Positions 18,200 to 27,587 of a DNA stretch of 64,000 nt are shown here, in pieces. Under the pieces are notes generated by a model. That model ran no database searches. It was given only the letters and a program-made list of their open reading frames with translations, and was not told the DNA's origin. Positions within the stretch are counted from its first letter, which is position 1. Each line of letters opens with the position of its first letter. The DNA is from an uncultured Desulfarculus sp. (GTDB taxonomy: Bacteria; Desulfobacterota; Desulfarculia; Desulfarculales; Desulfarculaceae), in the NCBI GenBank assembly GCA_963665125.2, contig CAXXUK010000001.1, positions 160,001 through 224,000 on the forward strand, given 5' to 3'. Made by a program: the position numbers and the translations under genes.

Positions 18200-20317
18200 C
18201 TATTTCCGCAGATTCGTCTCGTATCTCCCCCAGATGTCCAGAGCGATCTTCATGGGCTTCATCATTGGAACCGTGTAGGTTGTGATCCCCTTGGCGAAAA
18301 GCTCTTCCCGCCAGCGATTTACATAAGGCGAAAATCCACGGGGGCTTATAACCAGGGGCTTTTTTAACTCCCGGTTCAGTTCGGCCAGTTTTTCGTTTAA
18401 GTATTCTGATAAATAAGGTGGTTGAAGATAGATGGCGGTCAGGATGATGTCGGTGTTGGGGTCGTCATCAACTATCTTCAGTGCCGCCATGAGACGCTCA
18501 TCATCGCAGTTTCCGTATAGGTCCAGCGGATTCCTGCCGATTCCCGCCACGATCTGCTGGCGGTCTTCCTCGCGGGTCACCCGGAAATTGTCCTTCAGCA
18601 GCTCCTTCAACTTGCTCTTGGTCTCCGGGGCGAATTCGGCCAGCTCCATGCCCTGATCCGTGACCTGGTCAGCAAGCAATATGGCCGCGCCGCCGCCCAC
18701 GCTTACCACCGCCACCTGGTCGCCATTGGCTCTCGGCATGGTGGTGAGCATGGATAGCACGTTGACCAGGACCTTGGGGTCCTCGGTCAAGTCCTCTATG
18801 AGGTAGAATCCGGCCCGCCGGCAACAGGCCCGGAAGGCCTCGGCGCTGCCGGCCATGGAGGCGGTGTGAGATAGCGTGGCCTCGGCCCCGCCGCTCATGC
18901 CGCCCTTGATCACCACCACGGGCTTGGTTTTGGCAACCTCCATGCCGATCTGCATCAGCTCGAGCCCCTCGGACACGCCTTCCAGATAAATGCCGATAAT
19001 GGTTATGTTGGGATCACGGGCCATGCTGTACAGCAATTCAGGAACGCTCACGCTGCTGGCGTTGCCGCAGGAAACCCATTTGCCGATCTTGAGCCCCCCT
19101 GCCTTGAACATCTCCAAAAGCTCCAGCCCCACTCCGCCGCTCTGGGAGATAATGCCGATTCCACCCGCTTCGGCGGGGATGGCGGTGCGGTGCTCCGGTA
19201 TGAACATGGTGTTGATGCCCGAATGGTTGTCTATCACGCCCATGCAGTTGGGACCGACATAGGCCACCCGGTACTGTTCGCTCAAGGCCGCCAAGCGGCT
19301 TTCCAGGTCATTTCGGCCGGCCTCGGAAAAGCCGTCGGAGACAATGATTGCTCCCTTGCCGCCCTTTTTGCAGAACTCCTCGAACCCCGCCACGGTGGCT
19401 TCGGGGTTCACGGCAAACACCGCCACATCCGGAGCCTCGGGCAGGGATGCGAAGTCAGGGTAACATTTGTAGCCTTGCAGTGTTTTCTGCTTGGGATTGA
19501 GCGGAAAAATCTTGGAAATCCGCCGGCTGCAGTTTTTGAGGATTACGCCACCCATGGTTCCGGTGCGCGAAGCCCCCACCACGGCAACCGATCGGGGGTT
19601 GAAAAGGTGTTCCAGGCTCTCGGTCTTCCACTTGGCAACGCTGCCGGTATGCGGACGCGCCACGGGCTCTCCGGCGATTACCCTGGCGTCGACAATGGCG
19701 AAGCCTTTTTCATAAGCGATCACCGGGTTGAGATCGATTTCGTGGATCCGGGGGTTGTCCGCCATGAGCCGGGATATCTTTATCGTCAAATCTATCACCG
19801 CGTTGCAATCGAGCTTTTCGCCGCGATAGCCGTTCAAAATGCGTCCGGCTTTGGTACGCTCCAGCATTTTTTCCACGTTTTCCCGATCCAGAATGCCGAT
19901 GCCCGGAGCCACGTCCTTGAAGAGTTCCACATACTTGCCGCCCTGGCCCACCATGGTCAGAGGACCGAAAACCGGATCCTGCTTGGCGCCAATCAATACC
20001 TCGTAACCTGACTCCACCATCTTTTGAACCAGCCAGCCGTCGATTTTGTCGTGACCCGCCTTTTGCAGGTTGGCAGACATTTCGTCACGGGCGGCCAAGA
20101 GCTTGGCTTCGTCGGCGAGATCAAGGCGCACGGCGCCGAGGTCTGATTTGTGCACTATGCTCTCGGACTGCGCCTTCAACACCACGGGATAGCCGATCTC
20201 GGCCGCGGCTTTCCTCAGCTTGTCCTTGTCCTCCACCATACGTCCCAAAATGGTAATGCCATATGATTCCAATAGGGTTCTGCTTTGCTCGAAGTCAAGT
20301 TGCACCGGGTCGCTCAT
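18200..20317 (-). CDS. ADP-forming acyl-CoA synthetase (ACD), beta-alpha domain order
   Basis: N-terminal ATP-grasp (GYPVVLK, HKSDLGAV, EIDLNP), then CoA-binding VAVVGAS, GPNCMG, SQSGG and phospho-His SHTASMAG. Confidence 0.92.
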   Translation of the reverse strand: MSDPVQLDFEQSRTLLESYGITILGRMVEDKDKLRKAAAEIGYPVVLKAQSESIVHKSDLGAVRLDLADEAKLLAARDEMSANLQKAGHDKIDGWLVQKMVESGYEVLIGAKQDPVFGPLTMVGQGGKYVELFKDVAPGIGILDRENVEKMLERTKAGRILNGYRGEKLDCNAVIDLTIKISRLMADNPRIHEIDLNPVIAYEKGFAIVDARVIAGEPVARPHTGSVAKWKTESLEHLFNPRSVAVVGASRTGTMGGVILKNCSRRISKIFPLNPKQKTLQGYKCYPDFASLPEAPDVAVFAVNPEATVAGFEEFCKKGGKGAIIVSDGFSEAGRNDLESRLAALSEQYRVAYVGPNCMGVIDNHSGINTMFIPEHRTAIPAEAGGIGIISQSGGVGLELLEMFKAGGLKIGKWVSCGNASSVSVPELLYSMARDPNITIIGIYLEGVSEGLELMQIGMEVAKTKPVVVIKGGMSGGAEATLSHTASMAGSAEAFRACCRRAGFYLIEDLTEDPKVLVNVLSMLTTMPRANGDQVAVVSVGGGAAILLADQVTDQGMELAEFAPETKSKLKELLKDNFRVTREEDRQQIVAGIGRNPLDLYGNCDDERLMAALKIVDDDPNTDIILTAIYLQPPYLSEYLNEKLAELNRELKKPLVISPRGFSPYVNRWREELFAKGITTYTVPMMKPMKIALDIWGRYETNLRK

Positions 20318-20637
20318 GGTCCGTCTCCTATCCTGCGCAATCCTCAAACGTGTTTACAGGGCTCTATAATACAGGTGAAGCCGGTATATGTATTATTAAA
20401 TCACGGCCGCTCCAAGGCCATTTCGCTTCGGTCATTAAGCCAGAGCCTCATCCGACACACCGGCATAATGTTTATAGGTTATTCAGGGTGGGGACCAAGA
20501 TGTCAACGACTCGCTTAAGAAGAACCGAAGCGGATGACATGTTTCATTACGATTGCCTTGGTTGATTTCCGCCTTTGTTTGAAATCTTGTAATTGCGTCG
20601 CGAGCAAGCCCGCTTCATGCTCCGTATGTTGCGGCCT

Positions 20638-20676
20638 ATGCGCAATATATTGCGCATCATAATTTGCGCAATATTT
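20638..20676. promoter_or_regulatory. Palindromic UAS candidate for a sigma54 activator
   Basis: Perfect 20-bp palindrome ATGCGCAATATATTGCGCAT plus a second half-site TTGCGCAATAT; related copies at 30988-31028. Confidence 0.7.
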
Positions 20677-20725
20677 CATGCCGCCGTAACAACCTTAATT
20701 TATTCCTAAAAATCCGTATGGATGC

Positions 20726-20743
20726 TCGGCATGCTTTTTGCCA
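20726..20743 (+). promoter_or_regulatory. sigma54 (-24/-12) promoter
   Basis: TCGGCATGCTTTTTGCCA (GG-N10-GC) upstream of the 20816 operon. Confidence 0.75.
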
Positions 20744-20815
20744 TTAGGACAAGTGTGTTTAGACGCCAGTGAGATCGTTATCTCAAACGTTGGCTAATTG
20801 ACGGAGGATTTTGGG

Positions 20816-21904
20816 ATGCAAACCAGGCTTACAAGACTGCTGGATATCGAACAGCCGATTATACAAGCCTCCATGGCTTGGATTTCAGACGCCAGCCTCG
20901 CCGGAGCGGTTTCCGCGGCTGGCGGGTTGGGGCTATTAGGGCCCAACGCCGGAGCCCGGACAATCACCAAAGACGTTGATGAGGTGGGCGAAAGGCTTAG
21001 GGGCCAGATCCGGAAGGTACGCGAAATTACCAGCAATCCCTTCGCGGTTAATTTCGTGGTCGGAACTCCGGGTTGGGATCGTGACTACTCCGATATATCC
21101 GTGAAGGTGGGCATCGAAGAAAAGGTCCCCGTGGCTGTTGTCTCCCAGGGCAGCCCGGCCGTATACACCGGCAAACTCAAAGAGGCCGGCATGAAGGTCC
21201 TGCATGTTTGTTCATCGGTGCGGCACGCCCAAAAGGCCCAGGAACACGGTGCGGATGCCGTGATCGTATCCGGGACAGAGGGCGGAGGACACAGCGGTTT
21301 CCACCAGATATCGACACTTTGCCTGGTGCCGCAGGCAGTGGACGCCCTTGAGATTCCCGTGGTGGCGGGCGGCGGTATCGGCGATGGCCGGGGCCTGATC
21401 GCCGCTTTGGCCCTGGGGGCCGAGGGCGTTTATATGGGAACCAGGTTTATAGCCACAAAGGAATGCCCCGCCCACGAAAACGTCAAGCAGGTTCTTTTGC
21501 AAAGCGGCGACACCAGCACCATCGCGGTGCGGCATGGTTCGCCGGTTGTGGCAAACAAGGAAGGCGGCTCAAAGGGCGGCTTTGTTGAGGAACGGCGGGG
21601 ATCGTTGCGCCTGGTGCTGAACGAGTTTATAGCCAAAGCGCTGGCCGCCAAGGGCGGTGAGTTGTCGTTTGAGGACATCTTCGCGCTGATGCAAAACTCT
21701 GATTCCAACTCAACCAGCAACCGGACGGTGGACTGCTTCCTCGGCGGAAAGGTTCAGGAAAACCCGGTCAGCGCAGGCCAGGTCACGGGCCTGATCAAGG
21801 ATGTGCCCACCTGCGCGGAATTGATCCGGCGAATCGTCGATGGAGAGGAACAAGTACTGTCCAGGTTCCAGCGGATTTTCAGCACAAATGGGAGGGGGCA
21901 ATGA
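20816..21904 (+). CDS. Nitronate monooxygenase / FabK-like FMN oxidoreductase
   Basis: PIIQASM, GTEGGGH, PVVAGGGIGDGRG, GAEGVYMGTRF. Confidence 0.9.
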   Translation: MQTRLTRLLDIEQPIIQASMAWISDASLAGAVSAAGGLGLLGPNAGARTITKDVDEVGERLRGQIRKVREITSNPFAVNFVVGTPGWDRDYSDISVKVGIEEKVPVAVVSQGSPAVYTGKLKEAGMKVLHVCSSVRHAQKAQEHGADAVIVSGTEGGGHSGFHQISTLCLVPQAVDALEIPVVAGGGIGDGRGLIAALALGAEGVYMGTRFIATKECPAHENVKQVLLQSGDTSTIAVRHGSPVVANKEGGSKGGFVEERRGSLRLVLNEFIAKALAAKGGELSFEDIFALMQNSDSNSTSNRTVDCFLGGKVQENPVSAGQVTGLIKDVPTCAELIRRIVDGEEQVLSRFQRIFSTNGRGQ

Positions 21905-23316
21905 GCGAGCAGGCATCGTCACTTGCCGGTTCCCTGGCTGCAATAGTTGGCGACAACTATGTAAGCGAAGAGGATTTCGTGCGCCACAGCTACACGCGCA
22001 CACCTTCCTGGATCACCGGGACGCCTCCGGCCGTGGTGGTCAGACCGGCAAATCCGCAGGAAATATCCGAGATAGTAAAGCTGGCCAACAAGGAAAAAGT
22101 TCCGGTAATCCCCCGCGGCGGAGGCGCCAGCGTGGCCGGATTCCCGCTCAGTGAAAGGGCCGAACAGAGCATCCTTGTTGATATAACCAGGCTCAACAAG
22201 CTTTTGTATATCGATGAGCAAAATCTCACTGTTGGCGCGGAATGCGGAATAATCCTCAGCGAGTTGTCCACTCAGTTGGCCAACAAGGGCTATCACATGC
22301 ATACGGTGGACATGCCGCAATACATCGATACCCTGGGAGGCGCCCTCAGCGGTTTCAACGGCGGCGGCGAACCTTCGGATTTGGCGACCGTTGGTGAGAT
22401 GGGCCAGTTTTTGTTGGGCATGGAAGTGGTTTTGCCAAACGGCGAAATCGTGACCACCGGAGCCGGACCGGGCACCAATATTCATGCCACGCGCATGGTT
22501 GACCGCTATCCCGGTTCGCCATTCATGAGCGGCATTTTCATTGCCGACGGCGGCATCTTCGGCATCAAGACAAAAGCGCATTTCTATATAACACCGAAAC
22601 CCACCAACATGGTTTACGGCGGTTATCACTGCGATGATCTAGATCAAGTCCACGATATTCTCGTCAAGCTGATGCGCACGGTTCCATATCCCTACACACG
22701 GGTGGTGTCCCTGACGGCACAGGGGCAGGATAAATGGTCGCTGTTCTACGGCATTCGCGGTTGTGAAGAGGAAATATCCTTCAAGGAAAAGATCTTCAAA
22801 CAGATCTGCGAGGATGGCGGCGCGGTGCCCGCTCCGGCGGATATCGCCCTGGAAACCCTGATGCGTTTTTCCGGCCGCCAGCTGGGCAAGTGGTATGCCT
22901 CCCGGGGCAGATTTCTTTACTTTGAATATGTCTTCGGGCGGTCAGAGGGCAAGGATTACCTCAAGAACCAGGGTGAGTCGGTGCGTGAACAATTCAGTAA
23001 GCTTGGCTTGCTCGACTGTATTACCGATCAGATCACCTATCTAATCCCAAAGGAACGTCACAGCTTTATTCTGGGCCAAGTCTACTTCCTCAACGAAAAC
23101 ATGCTTACGGCTAAAGACATGGTAAATGTCCGTAATTTATCAGATTCTGAGGCCAAGAACGTGCTAAGGCAAGGCGGCTTCATGGAGGGCAATCAGGGCT
23201 CGCTGGCCATGATTAGCGGTGAAGCGTGGTCAGAGCCATACCGGGAATTCATGAAAACCATCAAGACCGCTCTCGACCCCAACAACATAATGAATCCGGG
23301 GCTTTGGAGGCTGTAA
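21901..23316 (+). CDS. FAD-binding oxidoreductase (GlcD / VAO-PCMH family)
   Basis: PVIPRGGGAS, GMEVVLPNGE, GIFGIKTK, LDPNNIMNPG. Confidence 0.9.
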   Translation: MSEQASSLAGSLAAIVGDNYVSEEDFVRHSYTRTPSWITGTPPAVVVRPANPQEISEIVKLANKEKVPVIPRGGGASVAGFPLSERAEQSILVDITRLNKLLYIDEQNLTVGAECGIILSELSTQLANKGYHMHTVDMPQYIDTLGGALSGFNGGGEPSDLATVGEMGQFLLGMEVVLPNGEIVTTGAGPGTNIHATRMVDRYPGSPFMSGIFIADGGIFGIKTKAHFYITPKPTNMVYGGYHCDDLDQVHDILVKLMRTVPYPYTRVVSLTAQGQDKWSLFYGIRGCEEEISFKEKIFKQICEDGGAVPAPADIALETLMRFSGRQLGKWYASRGRFLYFEYVFGRSEGKDYLKNQGESVREQFSKLGLLDCITDQITYLIPKERHSFILGQVYFLNENMLTAKDMVNVRNLSDSEAKNVLRQGGFMEGNQGSLAMISGEAWSEPYREFMKTIKTALDPNNIMNPGLWRL

Positions 23317-23318
23317 TA

Positions 23319-24515
23319 ATGGATGCTCACCATCTCGCGAAAATAAAGGAAAGCGTCTATAGCTGCACCGGATTTGGCATCTGTAAGGGCGCTTATAAGG
23401 AGACGGTTTCAGGGTGCCCCATGAACTTGGGCAGCGAGGGCGGATTTGAAGCCCAAACGCCGCGGGGCATCATAACCATGGCCAGGGAAATCCTGGAAGG
23501 CCGGCTCGAGTACACCGAAGGCCTGGCTGAAACGGTATTCCGCTGCACCATGTGCGGCAATTGCCGTGATCTGTGCGGGGCCACGGACCTGAAAACCAAC
23601 AAGCCCCTTTTTGATCCGGGCCTGGTGGCCCTGGCCATGCGCACCGATCTGGTGGAACTGGGCATGGTGCCGCCCCCGGTGAGGGACTACTTCAAGGGCA
23701 TGCAGGTGCACGGGAACCCGTATATGCAACCCGCGGAGGAACGCGGCGCATGGGCTGATTCATGCGATGCGCCCAGATATGACGGCCAGGAATATCTGTT
23801 GTATGTCGGCGATGTGGGATCGTTTGACCAGCATGGCCGGGCCATTGCCAAATCGCTTAGCACGGTGCTCAACGCCGCTGGGGTTTCCTACGGTGTGTTG
23901 GCCGAAAAGGAAACCGCCGTTGGAAACGATGTCAACAAATTGGGCGAAATCTGGCTGTTCGAGATGCTGGCCCAAGCGGTTATTGAAAAATATAACGAAT
24001 TGAAACCGCAAAAAATATTGTCGTTCAGTCCGCATGCATACAACGCATTTAAGAACGACTACCCCCAATTCGGGGCGAAATTCGATGTTGTTCATTCCAG
24101 CGTGCTCCTCGCCGATTTGATCAAATCCGGCAAGTTGACTCCTAAACGGGAAACAAAGCTCAAGGTCGCCTTTCATGACCCCTGCCTGCTGGGCCGCCAG
24201 AACGGCGTGTACGATGCGCCCCGTGAGATCTTGGGGGCAATACCCGGCATGGAGTTGGTGGAGATGCCCCGCAATAGAGGCAATGCCCTGTGTTGCGGCG
24301 GCGGCGGCGGCAACTTCTATACCGATATGTTGGGGCGTGATGAATCCAGCCCGGCAAGACAACGCATCCGCGAGGCCGCCGGGACGGGAGCGAGCGTGTT
24401 GGCCGTTGCCTGTCCGAACTGTGCGCGCATGCTCGAAGACGCAGCCAAAATGGAACAACTGGAAGAGCGAATCGAGGTCAGGGAAATCACGGAGTTGCTG
24501 GAAAGGGCAATCTGA
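23319..24515 (+). CDS. HdrD/GlpC-like Fe-S protein with CCG domains
   Basis: CTMCGNCRDLC, FHDPCLLGR, CCGGGGG, ACPNC. Confidence 0.9.
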   Translation: MDAHHLAKIKESVYSCTGFGICKGAYKETVSGCPMNLGSEGGFEAQTPRGIITMAREILEGRLEYTEGLAETVFRCTMCGNCRDLCGATDLKTNKPLFDPGLVALAMRTDLVELGMVPPPVRDYFKGMQVHGNPYMQPAEERGAWADSCDAPRYDGQEYLLYVGDVGSFDQHGRAIAKSLSTVLNAAGVSYGVLAEKETAVGNDVNKLGEIWLFEMLAQAVIEKYNELKPQKILSFSPHAYNAFKNDYPQFGAKFDVVHSSVLLADLIKSGKLTPKRETKLKVAFHDPCLLGRQNGVYDAPREILGAIPGMELVEMPRNRGNALCCGGGGGNFYTDMLGRDESSPARQRIREAAGTGASVLAVACPNCARMLEDAAKMEQLEERIEVREITELLERAI

Positions 24516-24570
24516 ACCGGAGTCCGGGATTGGTGCGAACGGCAGCTAAACGGTGAATATGGGAGAGAGC

Positions 24571-26040
24571 ATGTCATACAGTCAATCGGTGTATTCCAAA
24601 CTGGTGCAGATCGTGGGATCTGAAAATGTGTCGGCGGATAGTACGGACTTGGCGCCATATGCCAAGGACTCATACACACTCCTTATGAAACGGCAATTGC
24701 CTTTGCCTGATTGCGTGGCCATGCCCCAGACTACCGACCAAGTTCAGCAGGTTGTTCAAGTGGCCAATGATCACAAAATACCCCTATATCCCAGGAGCTT
24801 CGGGGTCAACATCGCCGGTACGGCGTTGCCGTACCAGGGCGGCATTGTTCTGGATTTAAAGCGAATGAATAAAATCCATGAAATAAATCCCGAGACCATG
24901 ACCGCCACAATCGAGCCCGGCGTCAATTGGGGCAAACTGCGCAAGGAGGCGCAAAAAAAGGGTTTGGACATAATTCCAATCGGAGGACCGTATCAAACCG
25001 GACCGGTGGGCAATTTTCTGCTGACCAATATAACGCCGTATTCCACCAAGTATAGCGCCGACCGGGCGGTTACGCTGGAGGCGGTTCTGCCCAACGGAGA
25101 GATCATCCGGACCGGCTCCCAGGCCACGTTGATGGGGGCGGAATTGAATCCGTATTTCAGGTATGCATACGGCCCCGATATAACGGGCCTGTTCCGGGGC
25201 AGCCTTGGGAATTACGGCGTCATTACCAAACTTGTGCTGAGACTCAGGCCCATGGCCGAGGTTGAGCAGGTCTTTTACTTTGGTTTCGATTCCCTGGCGG
25301 ATGGCCTTAAAGCAGTGCGTGATATAGAGCGCTTGGAGATAACCCGGTATTGCTCTCTGGCCAACCGGCAACTAATGGCCCAAATAGCGATTGAACCCAA
25401 AAAACATGGTGATAATGCCCTGCGACAAAGGATCGATGAGGTGTTTTCGCCCTATGTGATCACGGTGGGGCTCGGCGGAATACCGAAACAAATTCGGTTG
25501 TATGAAGAAATGACTCAGGAAACGGCGGAGAGTTGCAACGGGCGTAGGCTGGAACTGTCCGAAGAATTGAAAAAGACATGCGACGAGTTTGCCGAGGGTT
25601 GCAGCCAGAAGGTGCTTAGGATGTACGCGCCCCTGAGCGGTTATGCGGCGATCATCGGCTGCGTGCCCATGAACCGCGTCCATGCCGTGCACGAATGCGT
25701 CAACAGCCTCGCCGCCAAACACGGCCTCCGGGATGCGATCACCGGTGAGCCTCTTGTTCCCGAGTTGATAGTCCTTCCGTATGACCGCGGCTCGACAGTG
25801 TATGTGGAACAAGAGCTTCTCTATGACCCGTTGGATACGGAGGCCGTTGAAAAGGTTAATGCCTGTCTGCGCGAAAGCTACAAGGAGATTGTCACCAAAC
25901 AAGGCGCCGTGCACACGATTCCCAACCAGACCCTCATGAAGATGATGCTTCCCAGCTATGTAGGATTGCTCAAGGGCCTCAAGGCCTTGGTTGATCCCAA
26001 TGATATCTTCATGCCCGGTGGGCCGTATTCGCTTTCCTGA
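24571..26040 (+). CDS. FAD-binding oxidoreductase (GlcD / VAO-PCMH family), second paralog
   Basis: LEAVLPNGEIIRTG, YGPDITGLF, GNYGVITK, VDPNDIFMPG. Confidence 0.9.
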   Translation: MSYSQSVYSKLVQIVGSENVSADSTDLAPYAKDSYTLLMKRQLPLPDCVAMPQTTDQVQQVVQVANDHKIPLYPRSFGVNIAGTALPYQGGIVLDLKRMNKIHEINPETMTATIEPGVNWGKLRKEAQKKGLDIIPIGGPYQTGPVGNFLLTNITPYSTKYSADRAVTLEAVLPNGEIIRTGSQATLMGAELNPYFRYAYGPDITGLFRGSLGNYGVITKLVLRLRPMAEVEQVFYFGFDSLADGLKAVRDIERLEITRYCSLANRQLMAQIAIEPKKHGDNALRQRIDEVFSPYVITVGLGGIPKQIRLYEEMTQETAESCNGRRLELSEELKKTCDEFAEGCSQKVLRMYAPLSGYAAIIGCVPMNRVHAVHECVNSLAAKHGLRDAITGEPLVPELIVLPYDRGSTVYVEQELLYDPLDTEAVEKVNACLRESYKEIVTKQGAVHTIPNQTLMKMMLPSYVGLLKGLKALVDPNDIFMPGGPYSLS

Positions 26041-26070
26041 AATGCTCATCATTTTTATTGAGAGTTATAT

Positions 26071-27321
26071 ATGCCGCAAAGATACCGAGAAGAAATTTAC
26101 CATTGTCTGAAATGTGGTGCGTGCCGAACCGGTTATCCGGTTTATGAGCCGATTTGCCCGTCCGGAGTGCGGTTTGGCTTTGATTCGCATTATGCCATAG
26201 GCCGGTTGGAAATCGCCCGCAACCTGCTGGAAGGCGGACTGGAAATGACCAGCAGCCTCATGGAGAGGATATATACCTGCTCCAGTTGTGGCGCATGCGA
26301 TGTCCAATGCGATCCGGCTGTTGGCGTCGGGCCCTTGAAGGTAATCGAGGAGATTAAGTATTTGGCGGTGGAAAATGGGGCGGTGCCGCCGCGGGTGCGT
26401 GATTTCCTTAAAGGGATGATGGTCCGGGGCAATCCATTCATGCAGCCGGCGGAACAGCGGGGCGACTGGGCCAAAGGGCTCGGGCTGGATCAATACAACG
26501 GCCACGAATATCTGCTCTACATCGGCTGTGTTGGTTCGTATGACGAGGTTGGCCAGCGCATCGCGCGCTCGGTGGCCAATATCATGAACAGCGCCGGCGT
26601 GAGCTTCGGCATCCTGGGCGCCCTTGAACAATGTGACGGCAATGAAGTCAATCGAGTGGGAGAGCGGGGCCTGTTCGAAATGATGGCCCAGGCCAATATC
26701 AAGCAGTTCGAGGAATTGGGGGTCAAAAAAATCATCGCCATTTCACCTCACGCATACAATGCGTTTAACAACGATTATGTCAGTCTGGGGCGTAAGTTCG
26801 AGGTGATGCATGCATCTCAGATCATGGATGAGTTGATGTCTGGGGCCCGTCTGGGCCTCAATGCCGGAGTGCCCGTGTCCTGGGAGCTGGCTTGGACGGC
26901 AAACGTGGCAGGCAAGATGGCCCACGAAGATAGGCTAAGGAACCCCGGTGAAAAAACCGTGAAAGTAACGTTCCACGATCCATGCTTCTTGGGCCGCCAC
27001 AACGGCGAATATGAAGCGCCGCGTAGGGTGCTTATGTCATTGCCCGACGTAACGCTGGTGGAAATGGAGCGCAACCGGGAAAACGCATTTTGCTGCGGGG
27101 GAGGGGGAGGCAACTTTTTCACCGATATGCTCGGCGGCAGTCCGCTGAGTCCTTCCCGCGTTAGAGTGCGTGAAGCACATGATATCGGGGCCGAAGTGAT
27201 AGCCGTAGCCTGCCCCAATTGCGCGCGAATGCTCAATGACGCCCTTAAAGCCGAAGGGCTCGAAGATGAAATGATCGTCAAGGATGTCAGCGAGTTGGTC
27301 GAGGAAATGGTCCTGGTATAA
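26071..27321 (+). CDS. HdrD/GlpC-like Fe-S protein with CCG domains, second paralog
   Basis: CLKCGAC, CSSCGACDVQC, FHDPCFLGR, CCGGGGG, ACPNC. Confidence 0.9.
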   Translation: MPQRYREEIYHCLKCGACRTGYPVYEPICPSGVRFGFDSHYAIGRLEIARNLLEGGLEMTSSLMERIYTCSSCGACDVQCDPAVGVGPLKVIEEIKYLAVENGAVPPRVRDFLKGMMVRGNPFMQPAEQRGDWAKGLGLDQYNGHEYLLYIGCVGSYDEVGQRIARSVANIMNSAGVSFGILGALEQCDGNEVNRVGERGLFEMMAQANIKQFEELGVKKIIAISPHAYNAFNNDYVSLGRKFEVMHASQIMDELMSGARLGLNAGVPVSWELAWTANVAGKMAHEDRLRNPGEKTVKVTFHDPCFLGRHNGEYEAPRRVLMSLPDVTLVEMERNRENAFCCGGGGGNFFTDMLGGSPLSPSRVRVREAHDIGAEVIAVACPNCARMLNDALKAEGLEDEMIVKDVSELVEEMVLV

Positions 27322-27587
27322 GTGCCTGGCAGGTGCAATCAACCGAAACAGCGCTACTGTAAAAGGGATATTGGTGTCGTTTGGTTTGCTGCAAAAAATA
27401 TAAACAAAATGCCATCTGGATAGGGCCTGGTGCGGCTCAACATATGGCGGGACCGCCTCGATAAATAGTGCATGAATTGGCATTGGACGGCGATGACGAC
27501 GGTTGTCGCCGTCCTCAATTTGGCGGGAGCGCCTGGCTGCTTTTATAGGCCGGTTCGTGCTTTCTGATGTGCCCTGACGGATCCGTC

